64,000 nucleotides of DNA, taken from the NCBI GenBank assembly GCA_965213705.1, contig OZ243913.1:800001-864000 (forward strand). Direction: 5' to 3'. The notes beneath the pieces were generated by a model. It was given only the letters and a program-made list of their open reading frames with translations. It was not told the DNA's origin and ran no database searches. The translations under genes were made by a program, and so were the position numbers. The stretch is from Trueperaceae bacterium (lineage in GTDB: Bacteria > Deinococcota > Deinococci > Deinococcales > Trueperaceae). Shown in pieces: positions 19,318-29,170 of this stretch (the first letter of the stretch is position 1; every line of letters begins with the position of its first letter).

Positions 19318-20412
19318 ATGAAACGCAGTTGGCGCGACGCCTACCACGCTTTTTTGTTTCTCGCCCCCTTTTTATTTTCTTTCACGGTCTTTTTTCTTTA
19401 CGCTTTTTTCAACGCGTTTCGTTACTCGTTTACCAGTTACAACCTGTTCAACACGCCCGCTTGGGTAGCTTTTGCAAACTACGGGCGGGTGCTGGGCGAC
19501 CCGCTTTTTTTGAAAGCCCTCGTTAACACCCTGTCGTACTCGCTCATCGTGACCGCCCTCCAGGTCTTTTTGGCGTTGCTGCTGGCGACTTTGCTCAACC
19601 AACGGTTGCGCGGGATTGCTTTTTTCCGCACGCTTTACTACCTGCCGAGCGTGCTCTCGAGCGCCGCCGTGACCCTCATCTTTTTGTGGCTGTGGCAGCG
19701 CAACGGCTTTATCAACGCCAGCTTGTCCTGGCTCAACCGGCATCTCTGGTTTATCGCGGCCTTTTTGCTGTTGCTGGGTTTGTGTCAAGTCACGCTCGTC
19801 ACAGTCGAGCGGCGCAGGTCCCGGCCGGCGGATTTCGGCGACCCGGCCTTGGGAACCATCGCGCTGCTGTTCGCGGCGGTCGCCGTCGGCGTTTTGACGG
19901 TGACGGGGTTTTTAGAGCTTCGCCCCGTGGCCGCCGTCGACCGCGTTTGGTTGAATACAAGAGAAACTTTTTTGGGCCTGCCCGTGCCGCTCTGGGCTAT
20001 CATGATTCAAAACATCTACACCACCATTCCCGGTTTTATGCTTTTGTTTTTGGCCGGATTGCAAGACGTACCCCGAAGTCTGTTGGAGGCGGCGGCCATA
20101 GACGGAGCCACGCGGGCCCAGAGGTTTTGGCGCGTCACCGTGCCCTTGCTGCGCCCCGTCACCTTTTTGGTGGTGACCTTGTCGCTCATCGGGACGCTGC
20201 AACTTTTCGACCAAGTCGCTATTTACGGGGCCAACATCCCGCTCGAGTCGCGGGTTACGCTCGCTTATTACGTGTACGACGCGGCTTTTCCGTCCGCCTC
20301 GGCGAGCCGCATCGGGGAGGCGTCGGCCGCCGCCATTTTGTTGGGTTTGCTGACCCTGGCCGTCGTTTTTCTGCAGCGCTTTGTGGGTATTCGCGCCGAA
20401 AGTAGGGCGTGA
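19318..20412 (+). CDS. Carbohydrate ABC permease (MalF-like)
   Basis: EAAAIDGA motif; GGAGG RBS. Confidence 0.92.
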   Translation: MKRSWRDAYHAFLFLAPFLFSFTVFFLYAFFNAFRYSFTSYNLFNTPAWVAFANYGRVLGDPLFLKALVNTLSYSLIVTALQVFLALLLATLLNQRLRGIAFFRTLYYLPSVLSSAAVTLIFLWLWQRNGFINASLSWLNRHLWFIAAFLLLLGLCQVTLVTVERRRSRPADFGDPALGTIALLFAAVAVGVLTVTGFLELRPVAAVDRVWLNTRETFLGLPVPLWAIMIQNIYTTIPGFMLLFLAGLQDVPRSLLEAAAIDGATRAQRFWRVTVPLLRPVTFLVVTLSLIGTLQLFDQVAIYGANIPLESRVTLAYYVYDAAFPSASASRIGEASAAAILLGLLTLAVVFLQRFVGIRAESRA

Positions 20413-21818
20413 ACGCGCTTAGCGGACGCGCCCCCCGCGAACTCGCCCGCCGGCGCTGGGCGGCGGCTTGGCTTTACGGCCTGCTGCTGGCGCTCGGCGT
20501 CGCTTTTGTGGGTGTTATTTACGTGGGCTTCGTGGCGAGTCTCAAGACCGACCCGCTCGAGCAGCCGTTCAGCCTGAGCACGCCTCAACTGAACCCGACA
20601 AACTGGCTTGTCGCGGCGCGTTTGGGGCGCGCGGGTGCCGGCAACCGCTGGTTGGGCGGGTTCGGGCCTGCCGGCGACGTCACCTTTAGGGTCCAGTACT
20701 TTGTGCCCGCAGGAGCGTCCGAGCCGCTGCGAGTGAGCGTGCCCAAGCGAAATCCTGGGTCCCGCATCGTGACGTTGCGGCCCCCCGTCTTCGCCGCCGA
20801 CTTTGCGGAAACTACCGTCACCGAAGTGGTTGGCGAAAACCTCGGGCGTCCCGACCCGGAGACCGCCGCGCGCCTGGGGCCGGGCGTGCTGACTAACTAC
20901 GACGTCCGGGTGCGGGCGACCGGGTCGGCTCGCTACGCGCAGCGTTTGCCTTTGGACATCGAGACGCCGCGCGGTTACGTGTTGACGCAGTCCACGCTCC
21001 CGCCCGACCGGATAGAAAGGCGGGGGCGCGTCGCGTCGTGGGACACGCTGACGCCGGGGGTGACCGGCTACGTCCTCAAAAACTACGTGCGCGCTTTCAG
21101 GGAAAGCTACGACGACGCGACCTCTCAAAGTCTGCTCTGGCGCTGGACTCTCAACACGTTCGTGTTCGCCGCGGCGCGCGTGTTGGCGGCATTGCTGTTC
21201 GCTTCGATGGCGGGTTACGCCCTGGCCCGGCTGAGGTTTCCGGGTAGGCGTGGGCTGTTCGTCCTGGTTTTGTTCAGCATGACCATCCCCGTTCAGGTCA
21301 CGTTTATTTCCAACTACCTCGTCTTGCGCGACGGCATTTTCGGGCTGAGCCGCTTGTTCGGCGCGGACACGCTGCTGAACAGCTTGGCCGGTCTCGTTGT
21401 CGGCGGCTCCGGCTCGACCGCGCTGGTGGGGGCCAGCGCGGTGTTCATCATGAAGCAGTTCTTCGAGTCCGTCCCGAGGGAATTAGAAGAGGCCGCAGAA
21501 CTCGACGGGGCGGGCGTCTTCACGACGTTTTTCAGGATTATCCTGCCCGTGGCGACGCCCGCGCTGGGCGCGCTCACCATCTTGACTTTTCAAGGTGCCT
21601 GGAACGACTTTTTTTGGCCGCTGGTCGTGATGACCTCGCGCGACAACATCACCCTGCCGGTCGGCCTGCTCACCTTCAGCAAGGCTTACGGCCCCGCCGG
21701 AGACTGGGGGCTTGTGCTGGCGAGCGCGTTCTTCTCGGTGTTGCCGGTTGTGGTACTCTTCGCTGTCTTTCAGAGGTATTTTATAGAAGGCGTGTCGTTC
21801 TCAGGCCTCAAAGGATGA
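20409..21818 (+). CDS. Carbohydrate ABC permease (MalG-like) with large insert
   Basis: EEAAELDGA motif; shares STLPPDRIERRGRVASWD with 9481-10902. Confidence 0.92.
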   Translation: MNALSGRAPRELARRRWAAAWLYGLLLALGVAFVGVIYVGFVASLKTDPLEQPFSLSTPQLNPTNWLVAARLGRAGAGNRWLGGFGPAGDVTFRVQYFVPAGASEPLRVSVPKRNPGSRIVTLRPPVFAADFAETTVTEVVGENLGRPDPETAARLGPGVLTNYDVRVRATGSARYAQRLPLDIETPRGYVLTQSTLPPDRIERRGRVASWDTLTPGVTGYVLKNYVRAFRESYDDATSQSLLWRWTLNTFVFAAARVLAALLFASMAGYALARLRFPGRRGLFVLVLFSMTIPVQVTFISNYLVLRDGIFGLSRLFGADTLLNSLAGLVVGGSGSTALVGASAVFIMKQFFESVPRELEEAAELDGAGVFTTFFRIILPVATPALGALTILTFQGAWNDFFWPLVVMTSRDNITLPVGLLTFSKAYGPAGDWGLVLASAFFSVLPVVVLFAVFQRYFIEGVSFSGLKG

Positions 21819-21840
21819 CGCAAACCGAGGGGAAACGGCG

Positions 21841-22866
21841 TTGGCGACGAAACGTTCCGACAAAACCGTCACGATTCAAAACGTTGCCGACCGGGCGGGC
21901 GTCTCTATCAGCACGGTGAGCCGCGTCTTAAACGACCGCGCCGGTGTGGGCGAACGCACGCGGCGCGCAGTGCAAAAAACCATCGAAGAGCTGAACTTTC
22001 AGCCGGACTTGGCCGCGCGCGAACTGGTCAGCCGCAGAGCCGTCACGGTGGGCTGGAGTGACGCCCGCGACGCTCGCCGCCTCCACTTTTTCGCCACCCT
22101 GATGCGCGAACACCTGTTCGCCAAGCTCTACCGCGAGGGTTACCGGGTAGAGGACGTGCCCACGGGCGACGACGGCTTGCCGAGCTACTTGACCGACGTG
22201 ATGATTCTCGTGACCCCGCATCCCGCCGACCCCCGCTTTACCTACCTGAGTCAAAAAAATGTTCCTTTCGTGGTGTCGGGCGTCACCCCGCAGCAGCGCT
22301 CGGCGGGTCCCGACGACTACGACGGCGGCAAACAGGTCGCGCAACACCTCTTGCAACTAGGGCACCAAAACATTTCGGTTTTGGCCGGCAAACGTTCGGC
22401 GAACGAAAACTTCCTAACCCCCTCTATGGTCAGCGGCTACATGAACAAGCGCGTGCGCGGTTTTTTGGACACGCTGGAGCGAGCGGGTGTCAAGACCGGG
22501 GAGGTGCAAGTGCTGCACTGCGACTACTCGAGCCTGGGCGCCTTTTTGACCCTCAGGCACGCCCTCGAAGCGGGCCTGAGGGTCACCGCCGTGTTCGCGC
22601 TTTCGGACGAGATGGCGCTGGGCGCCGTCGCCGCCCTCAACGACAAAGGCTTGAGCGTCCCCGAAGACGTGTCCGTGGTGGGTTTCGACGACATGCCCGA
22701 GATAGGCTCGAACCTGACGACGGTCAGACAGGACATCCCGCTGTTCGCCGCTACCTTGGCGGACCTAGCCGGAGAAGCCGTCGCGCTCGAGCGCCCGAGG
22801 CAAGTCACCTTGCCCGTGCAACTCGTCGTCAGGGGAACGACTGAACTGGCTAAACACGCGCGGTAG
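21841..22866 (+). CDS. LacI-family regulator
   Basis: TIQNVADRAGVSISTVSRVLN; VPEDVSVVGFDD. Confidence 0.92.
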   Translation: MATKRSDKTVTIQNVADRAGVSISTVSRVLNDRAGVGERTRRAVQKTIEELNFQPDLAARELVSRRAVTVGWSDARDARRLHFFATLMREHLFAKLYREGYRVEDVPTGDDGLPSYLTDVMILVTPHPADPRFTYLSQKNVPFVVSGVTPQQRSAGPDDYDGGKQVAQHLLQLGHQNISVLAGKRSANENFLTPSMVSGYMNKRVRGFLDTLERAGVKTGEVQVLHCDYSSLGAFLTLRHALEAGLRVTAVFALSDEMALGAVAALNDKGLSVPEDVSVVGFDDMPEIGSNLTTVRQDIPLFAATLADLAGEAVALERPRQVTLPVQLVVRGTTELAKHAR

Positions 22867-22973
22867 CCTGAGCCGGCCTTACAGGTTTTCAGGGTTTGTC
22901 CAGCCGTCAAAAGAATTTCAACCCTGCACGCTGACGTCGACAAACACTTGTGTGGCGGTGTCACCGCACGACC

Positions 22974-23092
22974 TCATACGGATACCGATACTACAGCTCC
23001 CCTTGGAAGAGTTGTTCGCTTTGTCGCTGGTCCGTAGTTCTTCTCACGCTGCTCGCACTTAATTCCGAGGGAATTGAATAGAAAGGGTATCA
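22974..23092. repeat. Short non-coding dispersed repeat (SNR/MITE-like), copy A
   Basis: Ends TCATACGG...GGGTATCA; 34 bp identical (inverted) to 52948-52981 and ~45 bp similar to 52873-52916. Confidence 0.7.
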
Positions 23093-23352
23093 ACTATACA
23101 CCTGGCAAACCCGGCGAAGGTTTCGGCACACCCGAGCGAACGTGTGCGCAGGGCGTCGGGGTGTGTCGACAGTACCAAAAGCGGTGCAGACGGGTGTTCC
23201 AGGCTGTGCCCGGCCTCGTCACCGGCGCGGCGAACGCCGGCCTCGAGCGGGTTTTTCACGTTTGCCGCTGGTAGACTCGTCCCTGGCCGACCCGCTCAGC
23301 AACGGCAAAAGCGTCCGCTACGCCGGAACTGTCGGCTTAACTTCCCCCAACC

Positions 23353-24183
23353 CTAGTTCCGGCTCAGCGGGTCGAGTGCGTCGCGCACGCCGTCGCCGAT
23401 AAAGTTGAAAGCCAGCGTGGTCAAAAAAATCGCTGCCGCCGGGGCCAGCGCGATGTGTGGCGCGCTGAAGATGTACTGCCGCCCTTCGGAAAGCATCGCG
23501 CCCCACTCGGGCACCGACGGAGGCACGCCCAGACCCAAAAAGCCCAGCGCCGCCGCCGGAATGGTCGCCGCGATGGTCAGCGTGCCCTGCACCGCAATCG
23601 GCCCGACGATGTTGGGCAGCACGTGCCGACCCATGATGTGCACGTCCCCCGGCCCGAGCGCCCTCGAGGCCTCGACGAACGCTTGTTCGCGCAGGTTCAA
23701 CACCACGCCGCGCACGAGTCGGATAAAGACAGGCGCAGTGCTCACGCCAATCGCGACCACCACGTTGCGAAAACCCACGCCCAAAATGGCTGCCAGCAAA
23801 ATAGCGAGCAGGATGCCCGGCACCGCCAGCATGATGTCCACCACGCGCTGCACGACCAGGTCGACCGTGCCGCTGTAGTAACCCGACAGCAAACCCAGCG
23901 GCACGCCGATGAGCATACTGACGCCCGTCGCCGCCAGCGCCACGAGCAGCGACAGCCGTGCGCCGAACAGCAGCCTCGAGAACACGTCCCGCCCTAAGTG
24001 GTCGGTGCCGAAAGGGTGCGCCGCGCTCGGCGTCTGGAGGGTACGGCTCAGGTCGAAACCGTTGGGCGGGTAGTCGCTGATAAAGGGTGCAAACACCGCC
24101 GCCGCCGTGAACAGCAGCAGCATCAGCACACCTAAAAAGGTCGGGGGTTGACGGCGCAACCGCGCCCAGACCCGGCTAGCCAT
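23353..24183 (-). CDS. Peptide/nickel ABC permease (DppC-like)
   Basis: HPFGTDHLGRDVFSR, FVEASRALG, PEWGAML. Confidence 0.9.
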   Translation of the reverse strand: MASRVWARLRRQPPTFLGVLMLLLFTAAAVFAPFISDYPPNGFDLSRTLQTPSAAHPFGTDHLGRDVFSRLLFGARLSLLVALAATGVSMLIGVPLGLLSGYYSGTVDLVVQRVVDIMLAVPGILLAILLAAILGVGFRNVVVAIGVSTAPVFIRLVRGVVLNLREQAFVEASRALGPGDVHIMGRHVLPNIVGPIAVQGTLTIAATIPAAALGFLGLGVPPSVPEWGAMLSEGRQYIFSAPHIALAPAAAIFLTTLAFNFIGDGVRDALDPLSRN

Positions 24184-24223
24184 TGTTAGCCACGTTGTTC
24201 AGTCATGTTTTTCAACCCTGCGT

Positions 24224-25147
24224 TCAGCCATAGCGCACTCGGGGGTCCGCCACGGCGTAGCCGAGGTCGACAACGATGTTCAGGCTTACGAACAAGAAAG
24301 CGTTGAAAAGGACGAGCGCCTGCACGGTGGGATAGTCGCGCGCGAAAATGGCGTCGCTCATCAACAGGCCGATGCCGGGCCAGCCGAACACGGTCTCGGT
24401 CAGGATGGCCGCTCCGCTCAGCAGCGCGCCGAGCTGTAGCCCGATGACAGTCAACACCGGGATGAGCGCGTTTTTCAGCGCGTGGCGAAAGACGATGCGC
24501 CGCCCCGAAGCTCCCTTGGCCCGCGCCACCCGGATATAGTCCTGCGATAAAACTTCGACCAGGCTGACCCGGGTCATCCTCGAGAGCAGCGCGATGAAAA
24601 TAAGGGTCAGCGTGGTTGCGGGCAAGATGATGGCCTGCCAACTGTCCGCCCCCGCCGCCGGGAGCAGGCGCAGCTTGACCGCGAACACGTAAATCAAAAA
24701 CAGTCCCAGCGCGTAGGACGGCAGCGAAATCCCCAGCAGCGTCGCAAAAGAGATGAACCGGTCCAAAAAACGATTCTGGTAGAGCGCCGCGACGATGCCC
24801 AAGCCCACCCCCAACACGGCCGTAAACGCCATCGTGACGACAGCGAGTTGCGCCGTCGCCGGGAACCGCGCCAGAATTTCCTCGAGCACCGGTTCACGGC
24901 TGATCATCGAGCGGCCCAGGTCGCCGCGCACCAGGTCGGCGGCGAAGACGCGGTACTGCACCCACAGCGGCTCGTCCAAACCCATCCGCGTGCGCACCGC
25001 CGCCACCTCGCTCGGCGCGGCGGTCAACCCGGCGACCAGCCGCGCCGGGTCGCCGGGCAACAACCTCACCAGCAAAAACACCAGCAGCGACACGCCGACG
25101 AGGGTGAACACCCCGCCGACGATGCGTTTTAAGAGGTAGTCGGTCAT
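24224..25147 (-). CDS. Peptide/nickel ABC permease (DppB-like)
   Basis: LPGDP, GDLGRS, DYIRVARAKG, ETVFGWPGIG. Confidence 0.92.
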   Translation of the reverse strand: MTDYLLKRIVGGVFTLVGVSLLVFLLVRLLPGDPARLVAGLTAAPSEVAAVRTRMGLDEPLWVQYRVFAADLVRGDLGRSMISREPVLEEILARFPATAQLAVVTMAFTAVLGVGLGIVAALYQNRFLDRFISFATLLGISLPSYALGLFLIYVFAVKLRLLPAAGADSWQAIILPATTLTLIFIALLSRMTRVSLVEVLSQDYIRVARAKGASGRRIVFRHALKNALIPVLTVIGLQLGALLSGAAILTETVFGWPGIGLLMSDAIFARDYPTVQALVLFNAFLFVSLNIVVDLGYAVADPRVRYG

Positions 25148-25153
25148 AGAGGC

Positions 25154-25233
25154 AGTACCGAGTGCCTAGTACCGAGTTCGGTATGCGCTGCCCCTTCTCG
25201 GTACTCAGGACTAGGTACTCAGGACTCGGTACT
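25154..25233. repeat. Heptamer inverted-repeat hairpin element (AGTACCG units)
   Basis: Terminal AGTACCGAG/CTCGGTACT with arrays of 7-bp units. Confidence 0.85.
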
Positions 25234-26135
25234 TTACTCCGCCGGTCTCGCGTAGACCGTGTAGAACTTTTCGCCCGGCAAGTAACTCACGCCCGTCAGC
25301 CCCGCCCGGTGCGCCAGGACGAAGTCGAGTTCGTGCAAGAAGATGACCGGGGCCGCCGCCCAAATGCGGGTTTGGATGTCGCAGAGCAGCGTCTCGCGCG
25401 TGGCGGGGTCGGTCTCGCGCAGGGCGGCGTCGAGCAGCTCGGAAACCTCGTCGTCTACGAAGTAACCCGTGTTGAGTCCGGCGGGCGCGGCCTGCGACGC
25501 GTGAAAGCGAAAGTAGAGGTCTAAACTCGCGTCGGGCACGGGCGGCGCGTAGCCCAAAAAGTGCATGTCGAGGGTTTGCGCTTCGGCGGGGACGAACAGT
25601 TGGCTGATGTAGGTGCCGTAGTCGCTCGTCGTCGGGGTCGCGGTGACGCCGACCTGCTGCAAGTAGAGCCCGACCGCCTGCGCCACGTCGAAGTCGTTGA
25701 TAAAGCGCCCGGTGGGGGCCGCAAAGTTGAGCTGCAAATTCTCCGCACCGGCCTCGGCCAACAGTTCGCGCGCCCGGTCGGGGTCGTAGCCGTAAGCGGG
25801 TTGCTCGCAGTAGCCGACGTTGTTTTTGTCGGTCACGGAGGTCATGGGTTGCCCGATGCCCGCCAGCAAACTGTCGGCAATCGCTTGGGTGTCCACCGCG
25901 TAGTTGAGCGCTTGGCGCACGCGTACGTCGGTCACGCGCGGCGCGGTAAAGGCGATGTAGGTGACGCGCTCGCTCGGCGCGACGACCACCTCGACCTCGG
26001 GGTTGGCCTCGAGACTCGGAATGTCGGAGACCGGCGGCGACAAGATTAAGTCCGCCTGGCCCGCCAACAGCAGACTCTCGCGCGTCGCCGCCTCGGGCAC
26101 GAACACGAACTCGACACCGTCGTGCTGCGTTTTCC
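25234..26135 (-). pseudogene. 5'-truncated family-5 ABC substrate-binding protein
   Basis: Only the C-terminal ~300 aa remain (VEFVFVPEAATR...DVRVRQALNYAVD...YDPDRARELL); no signal peptide or N-terminal lobe. Confidence 0.75.
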
Positions 26136-26198
26136 GGTGACGAACCCAAGGGCTCACCGTCAACGTCTCAAAACGAAAAGCGTGAATATCGTCACCGA

Positions 26199-26303
26199 AT
26201 CGTCACCGAGCCGACCCCGTTCACCCTCGAGCCCCACGGCGCGGTGCAAATCATGGCCGCTCGCACGCCGAACGGGGCGCGGCTCAAGTTTTTCGAGGCG
26301 TAG
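26199..26303 (+). pseudogene. C-terminal remnant of a VOC/glyoxalase-like gene
   Basis: IVTEPTPFTLEPHGAVQIMAARTPNGARLKFFEA* resembles a VOC terminal beta-hairpin; no start codon. Confidence 0.5.
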
Positions 26304-26410
26304 TAGGTGTAGCTTGAACGTTGCCGGCCGGCCCGTCTGCAGAACCGAACAGCTAAAGAGGTATCCGACAAGCTTACAATAGTTCAGTGGAGGCAAAGAA
26401 CGTGAAGACC

Positions 26411-26644
26411 ATGAAACCCGTAACCGAGGAACAGATTTTAGCCAAGCTTCACGAACTTGAGCCTGCCGCTTGGCCCAAAGTTTTAGCTTATTTGAATACG
26501 ATTTCGGCTGGTGAGGGAACGCCGAGCCCAATCACCGCGCAAGACCTGCTCGAGTCCGGCTTGGTCGGCCTATGGAAAGACAAAGACATGGGCGACAGTC
26601 TTGCTTACGCTCGCAGCTTGAGGAAGCAAGCCAGCCGCCGTTAG
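26411..26644 (+). CDS. Small DUF2281-like antitoxin-type protein (no toxin adjacent)
   Basis: 77 aa; LVGLWKDK.MGDS..YARSLR motif resembles small PIN-associated antitoxins. Confidence 0.5.
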   Translation: MKPVTEEQILAKLHELEPAAWPKVLAYLNTISAGEGTPSPITAQDLLESGLVGLWKDKDMGDSLAYARSLRKQASRR

Positions 26645-26661
26645 GCAACCGCGAGACGAAG

Positions 26662-27690
26662 ATGACTGACGCGCCCGTCTACCAAGCCCTCGCCCTGCAA
26701 GTCCGTTGCCACGCGGTCAACGGCCTGACGCCCGAAGAGGCTCGAGCGCGCATGATGGCGAGCGTGAAGCGCGTCGGCACGCAGGTGCGGGGTTCGAAAA
26801 ATTTTATCGGGCAAGACCTGCGCTTGGTGGTGTTGCCCGAGTATTTTTTGAGCGGCTTTCCCATGCGCGAGGGCGTGGACGAGTGGAAAGCGGCGGCGTG
26901 TTTGGACATAGGCGGCCCCGAGTACGACGCCCTTTCGGAAATCGCCCAGGCCAACGACGTGTACCTGGCGGGCAACGTCTACGAACTCGACGCGTACTTT
27001 CCCGAGTTGTATTTTCAAACCTGCTTTGTTCTTTCGCCCAGCGGTGACACCGTGCTGCGCTACCACCGCCTTATCAGCATGTTCGCGCCCACGCCCCACG
27101 ACGTGTGGGACGAGTACCTGGACGTTTACGGCCTTGAAAAGGTGTTTCCCGTCGCCCACACCGAGTTGGGGCGGCTCGCGGCCATCGCCTCCGAAGAGAT
27201 TTTGTACCCCGAGGTGGCCCGCTGCCTGGCGATGCGCGGGGCGGAGGTGTTTTTGCACTCGAGCAGCGAAGCCTCGAGCCCCCGCCCCATGCCCAAAGAG
27301 GTCGCCAAGGTGGCGCGGGCGGTCGAAAACATGGCCTACGTCGTCTCGGCGAACTCGGCGGGCATCGACGGCACCCCCATCCCCGCCGACTCGACCAACG
27401 GCAACTCGCAAATCGTCGACCCGTACGGGCACGTCCTCGCCGCAGCCGCGCAGGGCGAGAGCATGGTGGCCTACGCCGAACTCGACTTGGGCGCGCTGCG
27501 CCGCTTCCGCCGCCGTCCGGCGATGGGCAACCTGCTCGCGCGGCAGCGCTTCGAACTGTTCGCGGCAAGTTACGCGAACCACAGCTTTTACCCGCCGAAC
27601 ACGCTTGCCGGCGGCCTTCAAGACCGCAAACAGCTCGTGCAGACACAGCTCGAGACGATTCGAAAACTGAGCGACGAAACGATCATTTAG
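26662..27690 (+). CDS. Carbon-nitrogen hydrolase (nitrilase) homolog with non-canonical triad
   Basis: VLPEYF, GNSQIVDPYG, RAVENMAYVVSAN; YHR in place of YRK and IASEE in place of ICxD. Confidence 0.85.
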   Translation: MTDAPVYQALALQVRCHAVNGLTPEEARARMMASVKRVGTQVRGSKNFIGQDLRLVVLPEYFLSGFPMREGVDEWKAAACLDIGGPEYDALSEIAQANDVYLAGNVYELDAYFPELYFQTCFVLSPSGDTVLRYHRLISMFAPTPHDVWDEYLDVYGLEKVFPVAHTELGRLAAIASEEILYPEVARCLAMRGAEVFLHSSSEASSPRPMPKEVAKVARAVENMAYVVSANSAGIDGTPIPADSTNGNSQIVDPYGHVLAAAAQGESMVAYAELDLGALRRFRRRPAMGNLLARQRFELFAASYANHSFYPPNTLAGGLQDRKQLVQTQLETIRKLSDETII

Positions 27691-27700
27691 GAGGTGAGAC

Positions 27701-29137
27701 GTGGCGCTTACTGCTGAAGCCATACCCGTCCGCAACCCGCTTACCGGCGAGACGGACACCCACATCACGCCGCCGAGCGTCGCCGAGGTTCAAGCGGAAT
27801 GTCGGCGGCTCAGGGCGGGGCAGGTCGCCTGGCAGGAGGGCGGGCTCGAAGCTAGGATTGACGTTCTGCAGAAGTGGAAAACCCAGCTAACCACCCACAA
27901 GGACGCCCTCGTCGCGGCCGTCACCCACGACACCGGGCGCAGCCGCGAGTCGGCGGTCGAGGTTTACGGACTTATAGGGACTCTGGAGCGCTGGTGTGCC
28001 CAAGCACCCGACCTGTTGAAAGATGCGGCACCCTACGCCACCTCCGCGCCCATGCTGAGCGTTCAACAACAACTTGTTCCTTATGGGCTCGTCGGCGTCA
28101 TCAGTCCCTGGAACTTTCCGCTGCTGCTGTCGCTCATCGACGCCGTACCGGCCCTGCTCGCGGGCAGCGCCGTCGTTGTCAAGCCGAGCGAAATTACGCC
28201 GCGCTTCGTCGAACCGCTGCTGGAAACCGTCCGGGCGACGCCCGCGCTGCGGGACGTGCTCACCTACCTGGTCGGCGCGGGCGCGACCGGGGCGGCGCTC
28301 GTCGACGAGGTGGACGTGGTCTGTTTTACCGGCGGCGTGGCGACGGGGCGTGTCGTTGCCGAGGCGGCGGCGCGCAACTTCATCCCGGCGTTTTTGGAAC
28401 TCGGCGGCAAAGACCCGGCCGTCGTCTTGGCGAGCGCCGACGTGGACTACGCGACGTCGGCGGTGCTGTGGGGCGCGACCTCGAACGCGGGCCAGTCGTG
28501 CCAGTCTATCGAGCGGGTGTACGTCGCGGCGGAAATTTACGAGGCCTTTGTCGAAAAGATTGCCCAAAAAGCGAACGCTTTGAAGTTCGCCTTCGAGGGC
28601 GGCCCGGTTGCGCCGGTGATTTCAGGCCAGCAAATCGCCGTCCTCGAGGCCCACCTGCAAGACGCTTTCGACCGGGGGGCCACGGCCGTGACGGGCGGCA
28701 AACTCGTTCGGCACGGGGGCGGTACCTGGTGCCCGCCGACGGTGTTGGTCGACGTCACCCACGACATGAAGGTGATGCGGGAGGAAACTTTCGGGGCGAT
28801 TATCCCCGTCATGAAGTTTTCGGATACCGACGAGGCGGTGAGCCTGGCGAACGACACGACCTTCGGCTTGAGCGCGGCGGTCATCGCGGGCAGCGAGGCG
28901 GAAGCGCTGGCCGTGGGGCGCAGGCTCTGTTCGGGCGCGGTCAGCATCAACGACGCGGCGCTCACCGCGGCGACGCAAGAGGCCGAAAAGCAGTCGTTCA
29001 AACTCTCCGGCCTGGGCGGCTCACGCATGGGTCCCGCCTCCATCCGGCGCTTTTTGCGGCAAAAGGCGCTCATCGTCAAGTCCGGGTACGCGCCGAGCCC
29101 GTGGTGGTTTGAGGAGTTGAAGGTGATTCATGAGTAA
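27701..29137 (+). CDS. Aldehyde dehydrogenase
   Basis: ISPWNFP, KPSE, FTGG, LELGGKDP, NAGQSC, EETFG. Confidence 0.93.
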   Translation: MALTAEAIPVRNPLTGETDTHITPPSVAEVQAECRRLRAGQVAWQEGGLEARIDVLQKWKTQLTTHKDALVAAVTHDTGRSRESAVEVYGLIGTLERWCAQAPDLLKDAAPYATSAPMLSVQQQLVPYGLVGVISPWNFPLLLSLIDAVPALLAGSAVVVKPSEITPRFVEPLLETVRATPALRDVLTYLVGAGATGAALVDEVDVVCFTGGVATGRVVAEAAARNFIPAFLELGGKDPAVVLASADVDYATSAVLWGATSNAGQSCQSIERVYVAAEIYEAFVEKIAQKANALKFAFEGGPVAPVISGQQIAVLEAHLQDAFDRGATAVTGGKLVRHGGGTWCPPTVLVDVTHDMKVMREETFGAIIPVMKFSDTDEAVSLANDTTFGLSAAVIAGSEAEALAVGRRLCSGAVSINDAALTAATQEAEKQSFKLSGLGGSRMGPASIRRFLRQKALIVKSGYAPSPWWFEELKVIHE

Positions 29138-29170
29138 AAGGCCCGTGTTTACGACGATTGAGGAGGTTCT

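Noticed and set aside
25154..25233. Heptamer arrays or 15-bp repeats as CRISPR arrays
   Set aside because: Units are too short, there are no unique spacers and no cas genes in the window.
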